NCBI RefSeq assembly: GCF_006345805.1
Contig: NC_043006.1
Span: 89,714,001 to 89,778,000 of the forward strand
Length of the DNA: 64,000 bases
DNA from: Octopus sinensis
Lineage: Eukaryota
Reading direction: 5' to 3'
Shown: positions 12,472 through 26,356 of the stretch, one piece after another
Position numbering within the stretch: the stretch's first letter is position 1
How the letters are laid out: each line of letters opens with the position of its first letter
Translations under genes and position numbers: made by a program
The notes under the pieces: generated by a model
The model's input: only the letters and a program-made list of their open reading frames with translations
Databases searched by the model: none
Told to the model about the DNA's origin: nothing

Positions 12472-13537
12472 TGGCTGCATGGATCAGGATCAGAAGAGAA
12501 GTAAGTAATAAAGAGAAATGGCAGAAGGTGTTTTCAATAGCAGAATGGATACTAAAGCCTCAAAGAGTTTCCATTCAAAGTGCAGCCCTCAAATAACTAA
12601 TATGTTTACACCATTGTAATAGTTCTGCGAAAATAAGATGATGAATCTGGAAGGAGAATCTGGTGGGAAAACAACACAATATCATAAGAGGGAGATGTTT
12701 TAAAGACAACAAAAGAAATGTAGAGAAAAAATTTTAGTTTAGATTCATAGAGAGGTAAGGTACTCGAAATGCTTCACTTGCTATGAGAGAATTACAGGAG
12801 AATAAAGGGCTACATGCAATATATAAATGCAATTTCATGTAGGATTTTCATTTGTTGGTTAATATACACCATCCAAATGCTTACAATTGGCTCATCCAGT
12901 GATAGTGAAGGATTCTGATGTATATTGTTATGTTGCTTTGTGTCTTGTTGAGAAGTACGATCAGTGTTAAGATTTGAATTTATGCCTTGTGTTGTTTGCC
13001 AGTGGTCCAGCATTTCAACCTCTTACCAACTGACCCCTACCACTCTCTCTCACCTCCCACACACACACATACAGTAGGGTTAGCAACACACAGAGACTTC
13101 TCATTGGTTCATTGTGTGTGAGTGTACATGCATTTTTGGTTGTATGCCAATGCATTTATTTCATATTATTACTCAACCTATTTGCTTATAACTATTTGTA
13201 TTCTAACATTTAATACAAAACAGAAACCATTATATGTGTGTGTGTGTTCTCTTCGTTTTCTAATAATTTGAAATCTTTTCTCTGAGAAAGGTGCTGGGTT
13301 CTAACAAAGATACAAAGCTTCATCGTTGGAATGTCGATAACAGAAACAATGTCATATTTTGAACTTAAGAAAAGTCTTGCACATTTTTACTGTTCCACTT
13401 ACAGATTGAATTTGTAATATGCAAATTAGCTCATTAATTTCCTTCACTGAAAACCTTAGCTTATCCAGACTCTCACTTCAGTATTTACTCACAAAACCAA
13501 GCGTTGCATCAGTTATTAATGGTATAACTGTGATTAA

Positions 13538-13690
13538 TTAAGAAGGTTGCTTCCCAACCCTATGGCCTTCGGTTCACTCCCACAGCAAGGCACCTTAGGC
13601 AAGTATCTTCTACTGCAGCCCCGGGCTGATCAAAGCCTTGTGGATAGATTCAATAAATGGAAACTAAAAGAAGCCCATCATATGCTTGCT
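13538..13690 (+). mobile_element. SINE family A 5' half
   Basis: ...GGTTCACTCCCACAGCAAGGCACCTTAGGCAAGTATCTTCTACT... matches the family A head. Confidence 0.6.
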
Positions 13691-14496
13691 TCCTTGCATG
13701 TATGTATGTGTGTGTGTATGCATGCATGTAGGTAGGTGTGTGTGTGTGTACCTTTCTCCAGACATTATGAAACAGTTGTAAATGAGCATTATCCTCATAC
13801 TATTAAGGTCGTTCACTTCCAGTCTTCTCTGATAAGCATTTCTGTGCAAGGGAAAAGTAGGACCCTACTTTGAAACAGGTGAGAGCTAGTGACAGGAAGG
13901 GCAGCCGGTCGTGGAAAATCTGCCTGAACATGCAAGCATTGGTAAGTGGGCCTTAAATGATGATGGGATCAGATGAACATTGTTGGGGACTGAAATTGAA
14001 GCCACAAAACAAACCCTCAGCTTCAATGACAGACAAGCATTAATTGAATTTATTTTTATGCATTTCTGTGGAATATCAACAAATGGTTTTTACATGAATG
14101 GTAAACAGAGTCACAGACTGATGATTTAGTTTGCAGCCTGTTGAATTCAGGTGTGAGGTTGACAAGCCACACAATTGGCAAAATATCAGTATCTATCACT
14201 CCTAAATGGGATTAGGGGTGAGTTGTTTCACTTGTCTAAGACTTTCAGGTGTTTTGACAAACAATACTTTGAGGGAGTCATTCCGACCATTCTAAACCAC
14301 AGCATCCAGCACAGAAGCAAAACATACACTGAGTATGCACAGTCGATTATATATATATATATATATATATAAATTTAAATTAAATTAGAGATAATTTTCC
14401 CTGTAAGTTTGGATATACTCCCTAATATTATTATATATATAGTAGTAGTAACAGAAAAGAGGAATTTTGGTTGTCCCCACGTTGTGGATTGTAATG

Positions 14497-15139
14497 TATA
14501 TAAGAAAATTAAAAACAGAAATTACGCACACTTACATGGTTATAGTATAATTTTTAATGTATCGACCGGTTTCACAATCGCTATTCATGATACAATGTTT
14601 AATTTATATGAAAATATATTTTTTCTTAAGAAGAAAATGGGTCCATGTTGTTTATAATGAGATTCACAGTCTTCCCTTTCTACCAGTGCAAAGACACAAT
14701 CTCTCAACTAGAACGCTTAAATAAAGAAATATTTTTCATTGAAAAATACAAAACGCGTCTGAATAAGCACACATAACCAATTTTTATATTTTTACATATT
14801 ACATCACTGTACATAAATCCCCTACTAAACAAGGCCCCCTTTTTTTAAAACCTGTCTCCTTTCTGTACTCATATTTTTTCCCCACCCAAACCTAAACAGT
14901 TATCTCCCCTACACACAACAATAAACAATTACCTTCCTTTACTTGTCAACTTGTAAAATCATTCACTTGTGAATCTCATTATAAACAACATGGACCCATT
15001 TTCTTCTTAAGAAAAAAAATATTTTCATATAAATTAAACATTGTATCATGAATAGCGATTGCGAAACCGGTCGATACATTAAAAATTATACTATAACCAT
15101 GTAAGTGTGCGTATTTTCCGTTTTTATTTTTCTTATATA
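14497..15139 (+). mobile_element. 5'-truncated Penelope-like element with inverted partial pLTR
   Basis: 14497-14667 is the reverse complement of 14969-15139. The spacer begins with the GIY-YIG C-terminus FTVFPFYQCKDTISQLERLNKEIFFIEKYKTRLNKHT* (14663-14776), homologous to the ORF end at 24034-24130. A hammerhead lies in the repeat. Confidence 0.8.
15042..15078 (+). ncRNA. Minimal type I hammerhead ribozyme with A3-U8 core variant
   Basis: UGUAUC / AUGAAUA / GC-GAUU-GC / GAAA / CCGGUC / GAUACA gives a 6-bp stem I, a 7-nt core, a short stem II, a palindromic stem III and a GUC cleavage triplet. A mirror copy lies at 14558-14594 (-). Confidence 0.6.
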
Positions 15140-16859
15140 TATATACATACATGCATACACACACATAACCAACCCTGTATGTGTGTATTTATGTAATCAA
15201 CATATGTGTACACACAGAGAGGTATATATGTGTGTGTGTGTATTGATTGTACTTGCAAGGAAAATATTTATGTCCTGTGACGTATGTTTCCACCATAGCC
15301 ACAATGTTAAACAACTCGAGTAAAGGCATTTCATGCAGCATCAACAAAACACATCTAATGATGAGAGAGGAAGACTGAAGAAAATCAATTAGACAAAGGA
15401 TTAAAAGCAAAGATGACCTTAGTGAGAAGTGAATTCAGACCACAGGGGATCACAACAAACATATATATTGTGACCAGACCTCCAATGACCATGTCAGTTT
15501 ACTGTCTTATTCGGGATTACATTGTCCTACACATCACTTTTTCATTTCGAGGGTGGCTTAGCTGCTGTCTTTAAACAGGTTTTGTGGCAAAGCCTTTGTT
15601 GTTGCTGTTCCTAACTCTGTTAACAGTGAAACCTTACACAATCATCTAAAACCAAATATCACCAGAACATTTTAGAAATGGCTAGAAACATCAATTTGTT
15701 GTAAATCACCTTCTTAATAGCAATATGCAAATATCTTATTTGCTTACATGTCCAGAGCAAGCTGAGCAGAGAGCGAAAAATAAAACAGTTAGTAAAAAAC
15801 TATTCAAGAGAAGATATTTAAGTTATAATTTTGAGAACTGATATAACTATTCATGCATTTTATTGAGTACAACACTAAGTCAGATGTTATTTTTATTTCA
15901 ATGAATAAAACAAACAAAAACCCAGATATTTTTCATCCTCTTTTAAAGCAAACATTTCTCTAGTGTTCTAAGTAGTTAACTGCTTTTATGCCCTGTAATG
16001 CTCTCCACTTCAAAAGAACTGACTTCTTCCATTAATAGACACTTATATAAAACAAATAAAAATAAATAGAATAGAAAAAACAAAACAAGACACAACAACA
16101 AAATACAAATAAAATGCAGTGATAAATGAGAGTTATCAAGCATTTTTATAGCTTTAAAATCCTGTGCAAAAGGGATTATGTAATAACAGATTTTTAACAT
16201 TTTCTCCATCAGCTTAACGTTCAGGCTTTGAAATTTATTGGTATTATCATAGACGACTGGAGAACTAAATAGGGGGGGGGTGTGTGTAAACATATATCCA
16301 TATTTGGATGTGTGCATGTACTTATATAAATATATGTATATACATATATACTCTCAAATACAGACACATAAATAACTATACATACACACATTTGTCTGTG
16401 TGTGTATGTGTGTACGCGTGTTTACATATATGTGTGTGTGTTTATATATATATGTATGTTTATATAAATGAGTACGCACGCACGCACACACACATACAAA
16501 ATAATTAAATTGATAGTCAAAGTGAGAAAACAGATATCAGAATGGCTAAACAATTATTGATACTTTAAGATAATAATAATAAAAATAAACTTTCATTTAA
16601 AATCCTCATTTCCCATATTTCAGGCATTTGGGACTAACAACACAGATCCTGCAGAAAGCTTTCGATGCTGCTCTTTAATTGATCTGCTTTCTAATGGCCA
16701 CATATATACACATTCCTCTTTCTTCTTATTGGAGAAAACATTTCATACTTTGTGTCCTGAGCTCAAATCCTGCTCATAATGAAACATTTGTGCATGGATT
16801 TCTGGATGCCAGTGATTTGGTCTTGATGCCAGGAAACTGAGCTTTTTTTGGTGACAGTA

Positions 16860-17255
16860 CTTCTTGATACTGGAGGTAAACACAAAGAAACATGCATGTG
16901 TTTATAGAATTAGATGGATGCTAGATGGGAAACTTGTGAATGGAAAGAGACCCCGGCAGAAACCAAGGCTGCGCTTTAAGGACTGTATCAAGTTCTCATT
17001 AAAGGCCTGTGATATGCTGGAGACTAACCGGGAGAGCAATGCCTGACATCATCACAGATGGAAGAAGCTGGTTAAAGTGGGTGGGGAGAATTCGACACTT
17101 TTGAGAGAGCATGTATTCTGCATGATGAACTTAAGTGTGCTGCTTGAAAGCACAACTGCTGGTGGAGTGAATGGGGAAAGCTTGGTTTGCAATGTTTGCA
17201 GTCGTGTACGCTTGTAAAGAGCAGGGCTCATTAGCCACCAATGGAGCTGCAAATG
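16860..17255 (+). mobile_element. 3' fragment of an RTE (BovB-like) LINE
   Basis: GKRPRQKPRLRFKDCIK...W..LV..G...C..CSRV..RAGLISH, typical of an RTE C-terminus with a terminal zinc finger. Decayed. Confidence 0.6.
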
Positions 17256-17335
17256 CAAAATATAAGTTAGTCCTAGAGTGCACAATATTCCTGAAGGTCA
17301 GCAATGATCTTCCTCAGCCACAAGTGGATGACCAT

Positions 17336-17380
<45 letters not shown>

Positions 17381-17924
17381 TTACAGAAAGAGAGAGAGTG
17401 GGAGGGATGGAAGTAAAGAGAGGGTGAAGGAAAAGAGAGAGAGAATGAAAGAATCATTAAAATATCTGATGTCAAGTAAGTCAGTATTGAATAAGTGATG
17501 TCAAAAAGGCAATGCCAAACCAGTGGTGCCAAAATCTCTTCTACTCAATCCTGCTGAAATCAACTTTTTAGTTCATCCTTTCAGCTTTGAAATAATAAAA
17601 AAAAAGTATAAATCCAGGAGGTAAGGAGTGAATTGGCAGAATTCTAAGTTCCTCAAACTGGACACCTGACAATATTTTTGATTCTTGGCCTTCTGAGTTC
17701 AAATCTTGTGATGGCTACCTTGATTGATCATCTAATTAAACACCACCATCAAGTACCTTGGGTGCCTTTAGCCGAATGCACTCCACTGCAAGTATTCAAT
17801 CCAAGATTCCAGTTCGAGGAGACCTTTCTCCTACCCACTAGCTTCAGAGGGCCTTATATAGGGTTGTGGTAATAAATACTGAAAATGTGCAGAAAACAGC
17901 TTCTGTCACATGCCCGGAGGAAAA

Positions 17925-18450
17925 AACTAGAAGTAGCTGATAGCTTCCGTTACCTAGGTGACCAAGTCAGTAGCAGGGGTGGATGCCCTGAGAGTGTAGC
18001 TGCTAGAATAAGAATAGCCTGGAGAAAGTTCAGAGGGATCTTACCTCTGCTGGTGACAAAGGGCCTCTCGCTCAGAGTAAAAAGTAGATTGTATGACGCA
18101 TGTGCGCAAACAGCCATGCTATATGGCAGTGAAACATGGGCTGTGACTGCTGAGGACATGCATACGCTTGCAAGGAATGAAGTTAGCATGCCCCGCTGGA
18201 TGTGTAATGTCAGTGTGCATACATGACAGAGTGTAAGCACCCTGAGGGAAAAGTTGGACATAAGAAGCATCAGATGTGGTGAGCAAGAGAGACGACTGTA
18301 CTGGTATGGTTATGTGATGCATATGGATGAGGACAGCTGTGTGAAAAAGTGTCACACCCTAGCAATAGAGGGAACCTGTGGAAGAGGTAGACCCAAAAAG
18401 ACCTGGGATGAGGTGGTGAAGCATGACCTTCGAATGTTGGGCCTCACAGA
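17925..18450 (+). mobile_element. 3' fragment of RTE-like LINE (family of 28590-31760)
   Basis: FRYLGDQVS, ARIRIAWRKF, LYDAC..TAMLYGSETW and GRGRPKKTWDEVV. Collinear with ~30800-31320. Confidence 0.85.
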
Positions 18451-19789
18451 GTTGAATCCAGCCTTGCAATCTAATACAATACTCAAAAAAAGACTGATTC
18501 TATAAGGTGGCTTGAACTGTCAAAAGTAGCAGCCAATTTCTCTTCAAGTCACATTATTTAAACAAAAAGAAAAGGCAACACTGGATAATATGGTCTGAGA
18601 AAGCCAATCACCAAAACAAACAAATATAGTCAAATAAATAATTTAAAGAGATGGTCATGGTTGGAATGTCTTTGCTTGATCTGTTGTTTAGTCCTAAAGC
18701 CAAATGGATAGCAATAACAAGTGTTGGTTTTAGAATGCTAGTCATTCAGATGTGCAGCACATTAATCTATTTAGAATTTCTGCAGTTTTTGTCAAACATA
18801 ATTCCTTAAGCTTGCTGACGTACAACTTCTCAGTGATAAAAAAATAACAACACATATCTGTGTCTCACTAAAATTGTGTTTATTTAAATATGTAGAGCAG
18901 AGTAAACTAGTTAAGTGACATTAAGTCTTGTTATTTGCATTATATATCTAATATGGATCTATTTGACATTAATTCTCAGTATTTTTATTACACACCACAC
19001 ACACACACACGTGTGTGTGTGTGTGTGTTTCTATGCACATTATTTGACATTAATTCTAAGTATCATCATTTCTTATTAAAAAAGAACAAGCTGATGGCGA
19101 CAATTTTGCTGACATGCTATTTTTAATGTTCCATATTTCATGTGTATTCTGAAGAGTACTGTGCAAAATCTTCAAATATGTCTCTATGTAATATTGTTTG
19201 TGTAATTAAGAGGTTCACTTTGCAGTCACAGAGTTTTAAGGGAGGAAGGGGCAGGGCCCATGGTTTTTGTAGATCATCTAAGACTAATGTGATGGGTGCA
19301 AAGAATGTTCCATTTTAAAATGATGCAACTCAGCTCCAGTGGGAAAAATATAAGGAAGATGTCAGAAGGAAGAGATTCCAGAAGGACAATGTTCTAGGGA
19401 GCAAGGATTGGATATAATGGTTAGTTCAGGGCCTGGGAGGGGGAAATTTGTTTTATCTCACTTTATAGAATCTTGGGCAATTATCTGGTACCATTTACTC
19501 AAGTCCCCTTGTGAGTAAAATCGGATGAAATCTGTGTGGAAGTCTGTCAGATATGTTGCATCTGTTTTGCATGGCAGACGGAGGAATTGTTACAGTGTGG
19601 ATAAAGAATGCCTCATATGATAGTGATAAGCTTACTGACAATGTCTCTTTGATGATTGTATCAATTCTTAGTTGTCTTGGTCTGTAAATCTGGAATATTT
19701 TTTCCTACAGCAGGAATGCTATTCTCTTTTACATGGAATGAATTCCTTGCCTTATATTGCTCGAGGATACTTTATTATTATTTCCATTT

Positions 19790-20045
19790 CACTTCTCAGA
19801 GTCTTGATTTCTCTTCCTTCAGCTAATTCTCAAAGAGCAGACAACAAACTATTGTCAAAGGGTCCCCTTCCATAATACTTAACATCTGAGCACCAATTCC
19901 TTGCTGACCCCAATAAAACAGTTTCTGAGTATGTTCCACCCTCATGTCAATCCAAATTTCTCCAACAAGTTTCTCAAATCTGGTTGTTAATGCTCCTCCC
20001 AGAGCCCCTACAACTACTGGGATGGCAGTTGCTTTCTTCATCATA
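19790..20045 (-). mobile_element. 3' end fragment of an R4/Dong-like retrotransposon
   Basis: IPVVVGALG...EHTQK..YWGQ motif, bounded by ATT/TAA repeats. Confidence 0.6.
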
Positions 20046-20089
20046 ATTATTATTACCTCTACCTTAGCGAAGCAGAAATATTGTTATTA

Positions 20090-20420
20090 TTAATGAGTGA
20101 GAGGATTGCTTGCCATCGAAGTGACACTGGGGTACAGATGTATGAAGCCCAATATACCTGTCATGGCTGCCTGTCTGACAAGGGTACAACAGTTACAAGC
20201 ACCATAACCATGTGTGTGTGACATGGTGAACTCATACCAAGATAAATAGGGCATGGACTCGTTGGTGGGGCCTAGTTAGAATTTTCTTCTGGTCGAGTAG
20301 CCCATCCTGCTCAAAAGGTCCCTGAATAAGGTTTGTTTAAAAATGATGGATGAAACACCCAGGTTTCCAGTGGTGAATTATTCAAAGCCTAAAGAATTCC
20401 TCTCAACACATAGCTATGAT
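20090..20420 (+). mobile_element. Unclassified interspersed repeat (family D)
   Basis: A reverse-complement copy of its 5' part lies at ~57420-57575. Confidence 0.5.
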
Positions 20421-20487
20421 GCTCCTCCACATCTCCAGTTCAAGACTTGAGATGCACATATTATCAGCCATTGAGAGACGATTAAAG

Positions 20488-20680
20488 GCCATGAGCTGAG
20501 AGAGCTCTTTGTCCCCGAGTTCAAATTCCACCAAGGTTTGACGTAACCTTTTATACTTTTGCGGTTGGTAAAATAAAGTACCAGTCAAGTACTGGGAGTT
20601 ACTTCCCCCACACTTGCTGGCCTTGTGTCAAAATTTGAAACCATTATTATTATTATTATTAGTAGTAGTAGTAGTAGTAT
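20488..20680 (+). mobile_element. SINE family B with (ATT)n tail
   Basis: GAGTTCAAATTCCACC...GTACCAGTCAAGTACTGGG...GGCCTTGTGTCAAAATTTGAAACC followed by (ATT)n. Confidence 0.6.
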
Positions 20681-22469
20681 TGGTATTATAGTATCATTGA
20701 AAGAATAGATTTGAGGATTAACTTCGATAATCTATGAGGTTTATTAATCTCTTACAATTATTTTTTTCTGTCTGGCATTCTTTCTTATTTTGTTTTATTT
20801 ATTTATTATTATTATCATTATTATTAATATTATTATTATTATTATTATTATTATTTTTGTCCAGCAACAACAGCTTGCAGTTATGCTTTTAGAAATTGAT
20901 ACAGAAGTAAACAAACAATTCTGAAGTAAATAAACAATTTTTATTTTCTTTCTTCTGTCAGAATAGGAAAAAAAAAAAAAAGCAAGTGAAAGGTGTCAAT
21001 TGGCAAAGTTCTTTCACAGAACTATAAAAAAATGAATAAACAAATAGATAAATGAAAGACTTGGAAATTATAGACAAACAACTTAGAAATTTTGGTCATG
21101 TGTTGTCATATGAAATAAATTGTGTTGTTTGAACTAAATAAACAATCTCAAGAAGAATTTCTTCTTGGAGAGCAAAACTGAAGACATTTAGTGCAAAGAA
21201 GTGGAAAGAGATTTCATAAAAGTGGTGATCTCATAAATTATTGCAAATAGAACATTTGATCTATCAAATCTGGAGGTCAATTAAGTCTAAGTAGATAAAT
21301 GGTAATTATTTGACCAGTTGAAATTCTTAATCTCATCGTTGTAAAAACAACAGGAGACTTTCATAGGATGGAGATTTTGACTTGTAATCTCATGGGAAAT
21401 ACAAACAAAATACAAAGCAAATACACGTAAATGTATGTGTGTGTGTGTGGATATATGCATGCGTGTGTATATATATATGTATATATATATACACACACAC
21501 ATACGCATATACACACATATGTATATAAATTTATTAAAATAATGGCAAAATAAACAAACTACAAAAATGAGAACAGGGGAAAAAAGAAAAGCAAGTTTCA
21601 TTTATTTTGAATGATAATCTTCCTGGCATCAAAACTCACATTTCATCAAACAACACAATATTTATAAAGTAATAAATAGTCTTAGAGAAGGATTTACAGA
21701 AGATTTATAATCCAATATAATCCAAGAAATGGAAATACAATTTTTTTTTAAAGTGTTATTTAACTTTATATATTCATTCATTAAAATTTTATATTTTTAT
21801 TTTTGTTTTCTAAATGGTTCAAGAAAGCTTGATTGGTATTAGTATTTGTCAATGTTGGTCTTATTTTAAGTGGATAATTATATATACGCTTTCGAATGTG
21901 TTGCACATTTAGTAAGCAGCTTTGGCAATATAAACTGATATATGGGAAATATATTAAAATATAAAGTAATTGAAACAAAGCTGAGCACTCCAGAAGTGGG
22001 TTATGTGAGGAGGTCACTATGTAAGAAGCTGCAATACTGTTAGAATTATTCATTGAATCTTTGACTCATTTACTTGTTTCAGTTACTGGACTGTGGTCAT
22101 GCTGGAGCACTGCTTTGAAGGGTAACATTTGATAATATTTACTCTGGGTTATTTCTTTCATTTTACTCTTTGGTAACTCTTGTCCTTATTTTTTGTTCCC
22201 CATTATTGTTCTCCATCATCATCATCATATTAAAGTTCACTTTTCCATGTTTGCATGGGTCGGACACAGTCTATCTGAAGGAGTTTTGTATGGCCTGGTG
22301 CTATACAAAATCCTCAATTGTTTCCAAGCAAGGTAATATTTCCCCAAGGCCAGACATGATCTCACAGAATATTGGAAATAAATAACATGCTTGTATGACA
22401 GTAAAACTAACAGCTCTCAAGTGATATCAAAACAAGGACACAAACCTACTCACACACAGTTATATACAT

Positions 22470-22715
22470 ACATGTGTGACGGATTCTCTTGTTGTGAACG
22501 AACAATGAGGGTTCAGTAAAATAAAGTGTAGATCATGTTCTATGGACATGGATGTATCTCTTGAGGCCTGCTGGTGCCTTGCAAACATTTCGGCAAATGG
22601 AACAATTTGAGAACTCAGTTTGCTTGAGTGTTTCTGGATCATTCACTGTGTGTTTTCCTGAATGGAGGGCAAGGTCTGCTTTGCTTCGTGCTACAAAACC
22701 ACAATAACAGGTAAA
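22470..22715 (-). mobile_element. 3' fragment of an RTE-like LINE with C2H2-like fingers
   Basis: [16 protein letters not shown] and [21 protein letters not shown], related to the C-terminus at ~17170-17250. Confidence 0.5.
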
Positions 22716-22744
22716 GTTTCCATTTAGAGGTGTACATGGAGGGT

Positions 22745-23501
<757 letters not shown>

Positions 23502-23502
<1 letters not shown>

Positions 23503-23652
23503 TGGCAGTGTTTCTAGGGCATCCAGCTGTAGAAACACTGCCAGATCTGACTGGCCTGGTGCAGCCTTCGGGCTTGCCAGACCCCAGTTGAACCGTCCAA
23601 CCCATGCTAGCATGGAAAGCGGACGTTAAACGATGATGATGATGATGATGAT
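23502..23652 (+). mobile_element. Short element carrying the RTE-type 3' tail (...CCAACCCATGCTAGCATGGAAAGCGGACGTTAAAC(GAT)n)
   Basis: The tail matches 31700-31757, 45376-45430 (-), 46066-46120 (-) and 53290-53345. Confidence 0.7.
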
Positions 23653-24033
23653 ATATAAATAAAACAAAAAAGAGTGAAAAAACTACAGAAGGCTTGTGTT
23701 ATATGGTTAAAGAATATATTTAAGTCATCATGTTAGAAAAATGTGATAAAATTTTGTATATAGTAACATAGTTTTTGGAGAAATAACCGGTTTCGTATTT
23801 TCTTTTTAAATTTCTCGAATTTCTTTACCTACATCGCGTCATGTCTTCGCTATGTTGTGAAACATGGAGTTCCAGGCAGGGGAAGGTAATCAGGGATTCT
23901 TTCCGGTATAAGAGAGATAATCAAACATGTTGGGAATGACTAATTAAATATGATTTAATTTACAAGGAATAGAATGTGGTTAGGTTTTGCTTTATATTTT
24001 TTTCAATGAGGTGAGTTTCCTTATTTAAAATTG

Positions 24034-24414
24034 TTAGAAGTGGTTAAGTTTCAGCTTATATTTTTCAATGAAGAAGGTTTCTTTGTTTAATCTAATTTGT
24101 GTTGGTGTTCCAATGGCACATTGACAGAATGGAAAGATTATAAATTGTGGTAGTAGTTGCTTTGCGCATTTCTCAATATGTTCACTAAAGGGTATCATTC
24201 TGTATTCTGGGAATGCAATCTGCTGTTGATGCAGAGTGCATCTGTGTCTGAGCAATAATCTCTTGGACCCTATGTAGTTTTGGTGGCATCCCAAGCATCT
24301 TATGACATAAATTAGGTTTTCTGAAGCACAAGTAAAATTAGATTTGATTTTGAATTTTTGTCCCTCTTTGAAGAGGAATTCTGATCCTTCTAGAATGTTT
24401 GGGAATGTTGTGCA
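24034..24414 (-). pseudogene. GIY-YIG endonuclease C-terminal part of a 5'-truncated Penelope-like element
   Basis: FKIKSNFTCASENLIYVIRCLGCHQNYIGSKRLLLRHRCTLH...HIEKC...RLNKETFFIEKYKLKLN. A 3' UTR-like sequence runs on to ~23770. Confidence 0.85.
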
Positions 24415-24595
24415 AACATATACACACACACATACATATATATACAACGGGCTTCTTTCAGTTTCTGTCTACCAAATCCACTCACAAGGCTTTGGTTGGC
24501 CCAAGACTATAGCAGAAGACACTTACCCAAGGTGCCATGCAGTGAGACTGAACCTGGAACCAAGTGGCTACTTACCTCACAGCCACTCCTACGCC
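24415..24595 (-). mobile_element. SINE family A 5' half, ending at its microsatellite where the PLE begins
   Basis: Reverse complement of the family A head. Confidence 0.75.
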
Positions 24596-25334
24596 TGGTA
24601 AAATATATATATTTTCCCTTTCCTTTTCTTCTCTATCAATATAAGTATCTAAAAAACTAGCTAGCTTTAATTCTTTTTGATGTTTTAATTCTTAAATTTC
24701 ATTTAACTTTTAACTTTAAATTTGAATTCTTTAATTTGTATCCTTTATTTAATTGTAGTTTGATCCTATATATACCCACTTAAGCTAGGTATCTATTTTT
24801 AGCCATCTCTACTGACCACTGACCACACTTCATCTATTTAATTAATAGATATAAATACCCTCCTCCTCCATTTCACTAACACTTTAATGCCTGACCTCTC
24901 TCCCTGAACCAACACAGAATAAGACTGGCATCTTACCTCTATCTTAATTCTTTTTCTTTTTTATTTTACTTTACTTTTGCTCTCATTCATTCTTTCCCCA
25001 CACCTATTCCTTCCTGTTTTTTCTCTCTTTTAGCACTCTCTCTCCTTCTTTTCTCTATTTCTCCTCTCCTTTCTATCCATTCACTCACAACTCACTTCTG
25101 TCTGTCTTGATGTCTGTCTTTCTCACCCTCTGTGCCCATGTGGACCATTTACATACTAACTAACCACTTAATCAACATTAACACATCATTCAAAACATTG
25201 CCAAGATACTACCTGGATCTACCTGGGATTATGCCTAAAGGCCTATACCTTTACAGAAGTAGAGACCAACCTCCATATCCTGTCTGTATTATTCCATCTA
25301 CTTTTACTCTTTATTCTTCTATTTTATTCCTTAT

Positions 25335-25735
25335 AAACTGTGAATTTCTTTGTCTGGAACTTTCATATGAGTCTCTGGTCCTCAAGTCACAGAACATTGG
25401 CAAGCTTCTTCTTTTCTGCTACTTCCCTGGCTTTCCTTCTAGCTATCTGATACAATTCTCTTCTACTCCCAACACTTCCAGTTCTTCCAGGCCTGTTTCT
25501 TTGCCCTAATGCCTTGTGTATAGCATCATTCCACCACCACATCACCCTCAGTGAGGACAGGACTTTGCACCAGTCACAGATTTGGTCTGTGGCATTCAAC
25601 AAGCTGTTCCATAGGAATTTCCAGTTGCCCTCTATGTTACAAGCTTGTAGTTCCTCCCGCTTCTCATCAAATTCCTCAATTAAGGTGTCCCTAAATCTCT
25701 GTGAATATGGATCCAGGGAATCCTTACAGTAAAAT
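25335..25735 (-). mobile_element. Internal fragment of the RTE-like LINE
   Basis: TDQICDWCKV...MWWWNDAI...YQIARRKAR, collinear with ~29190-29560. Confidence 0.75.
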
Positions 25736-26356
25736 CCTCCAATAGACTCGACTGGCAGTCCACTTAGTAATCAATTACAAAACAGAGTGACCATGTAAAG
25801 TGACCATGTAACTCAAAATTCCAGGAAATCCAATCAATAAATTATTCTTTGAGAAGTAAATAAATCATCAAGTCAGGAGGTGTGAGAGGTGAAAATAGAT
25901 TTATTTAATCATATGACTTCCATATGATTCCAGCCATTTTGTAACCTTCTTCATGTAGCATTAATTTCAGTGTGCAAAAAATTCAATTTGCATGTCTGCA
26001 TATACATAAACATGTCTAAATATTCTGCACTGAACATTTGTTTCAGCCAATTTTAACTTTATGCAAACTAATTCGTGTTATGGAAGTTGCACTGGAGTAA
26101 CAATTCATAAGAGATTAATGGCATCATAAACAACTGAGCTCTGAAATTCAGGAGATATATTTTTACAGTGCTTAAGCACTAATTCAATCTAATAAATATG
26201 TGTGTGCTATACATACAAACATGCATGAATGTGTTTGCGTGTATGTATTTTCATATATATATATGAATACATATATATCTATATGTGCAAGTGTGTGTAT
26301 ATATACATTCATGCATATATACATGTATGTGTGTTGGAGTGTATATATATATATAT

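Noticed and set aside
23775-23840. Hammerhead in the 3' flank of the 24-kb PLE
   Set aside because: Only the GAAACCGGUU half is present on the minus strand. There is no intact CUGANGA core or stem I.
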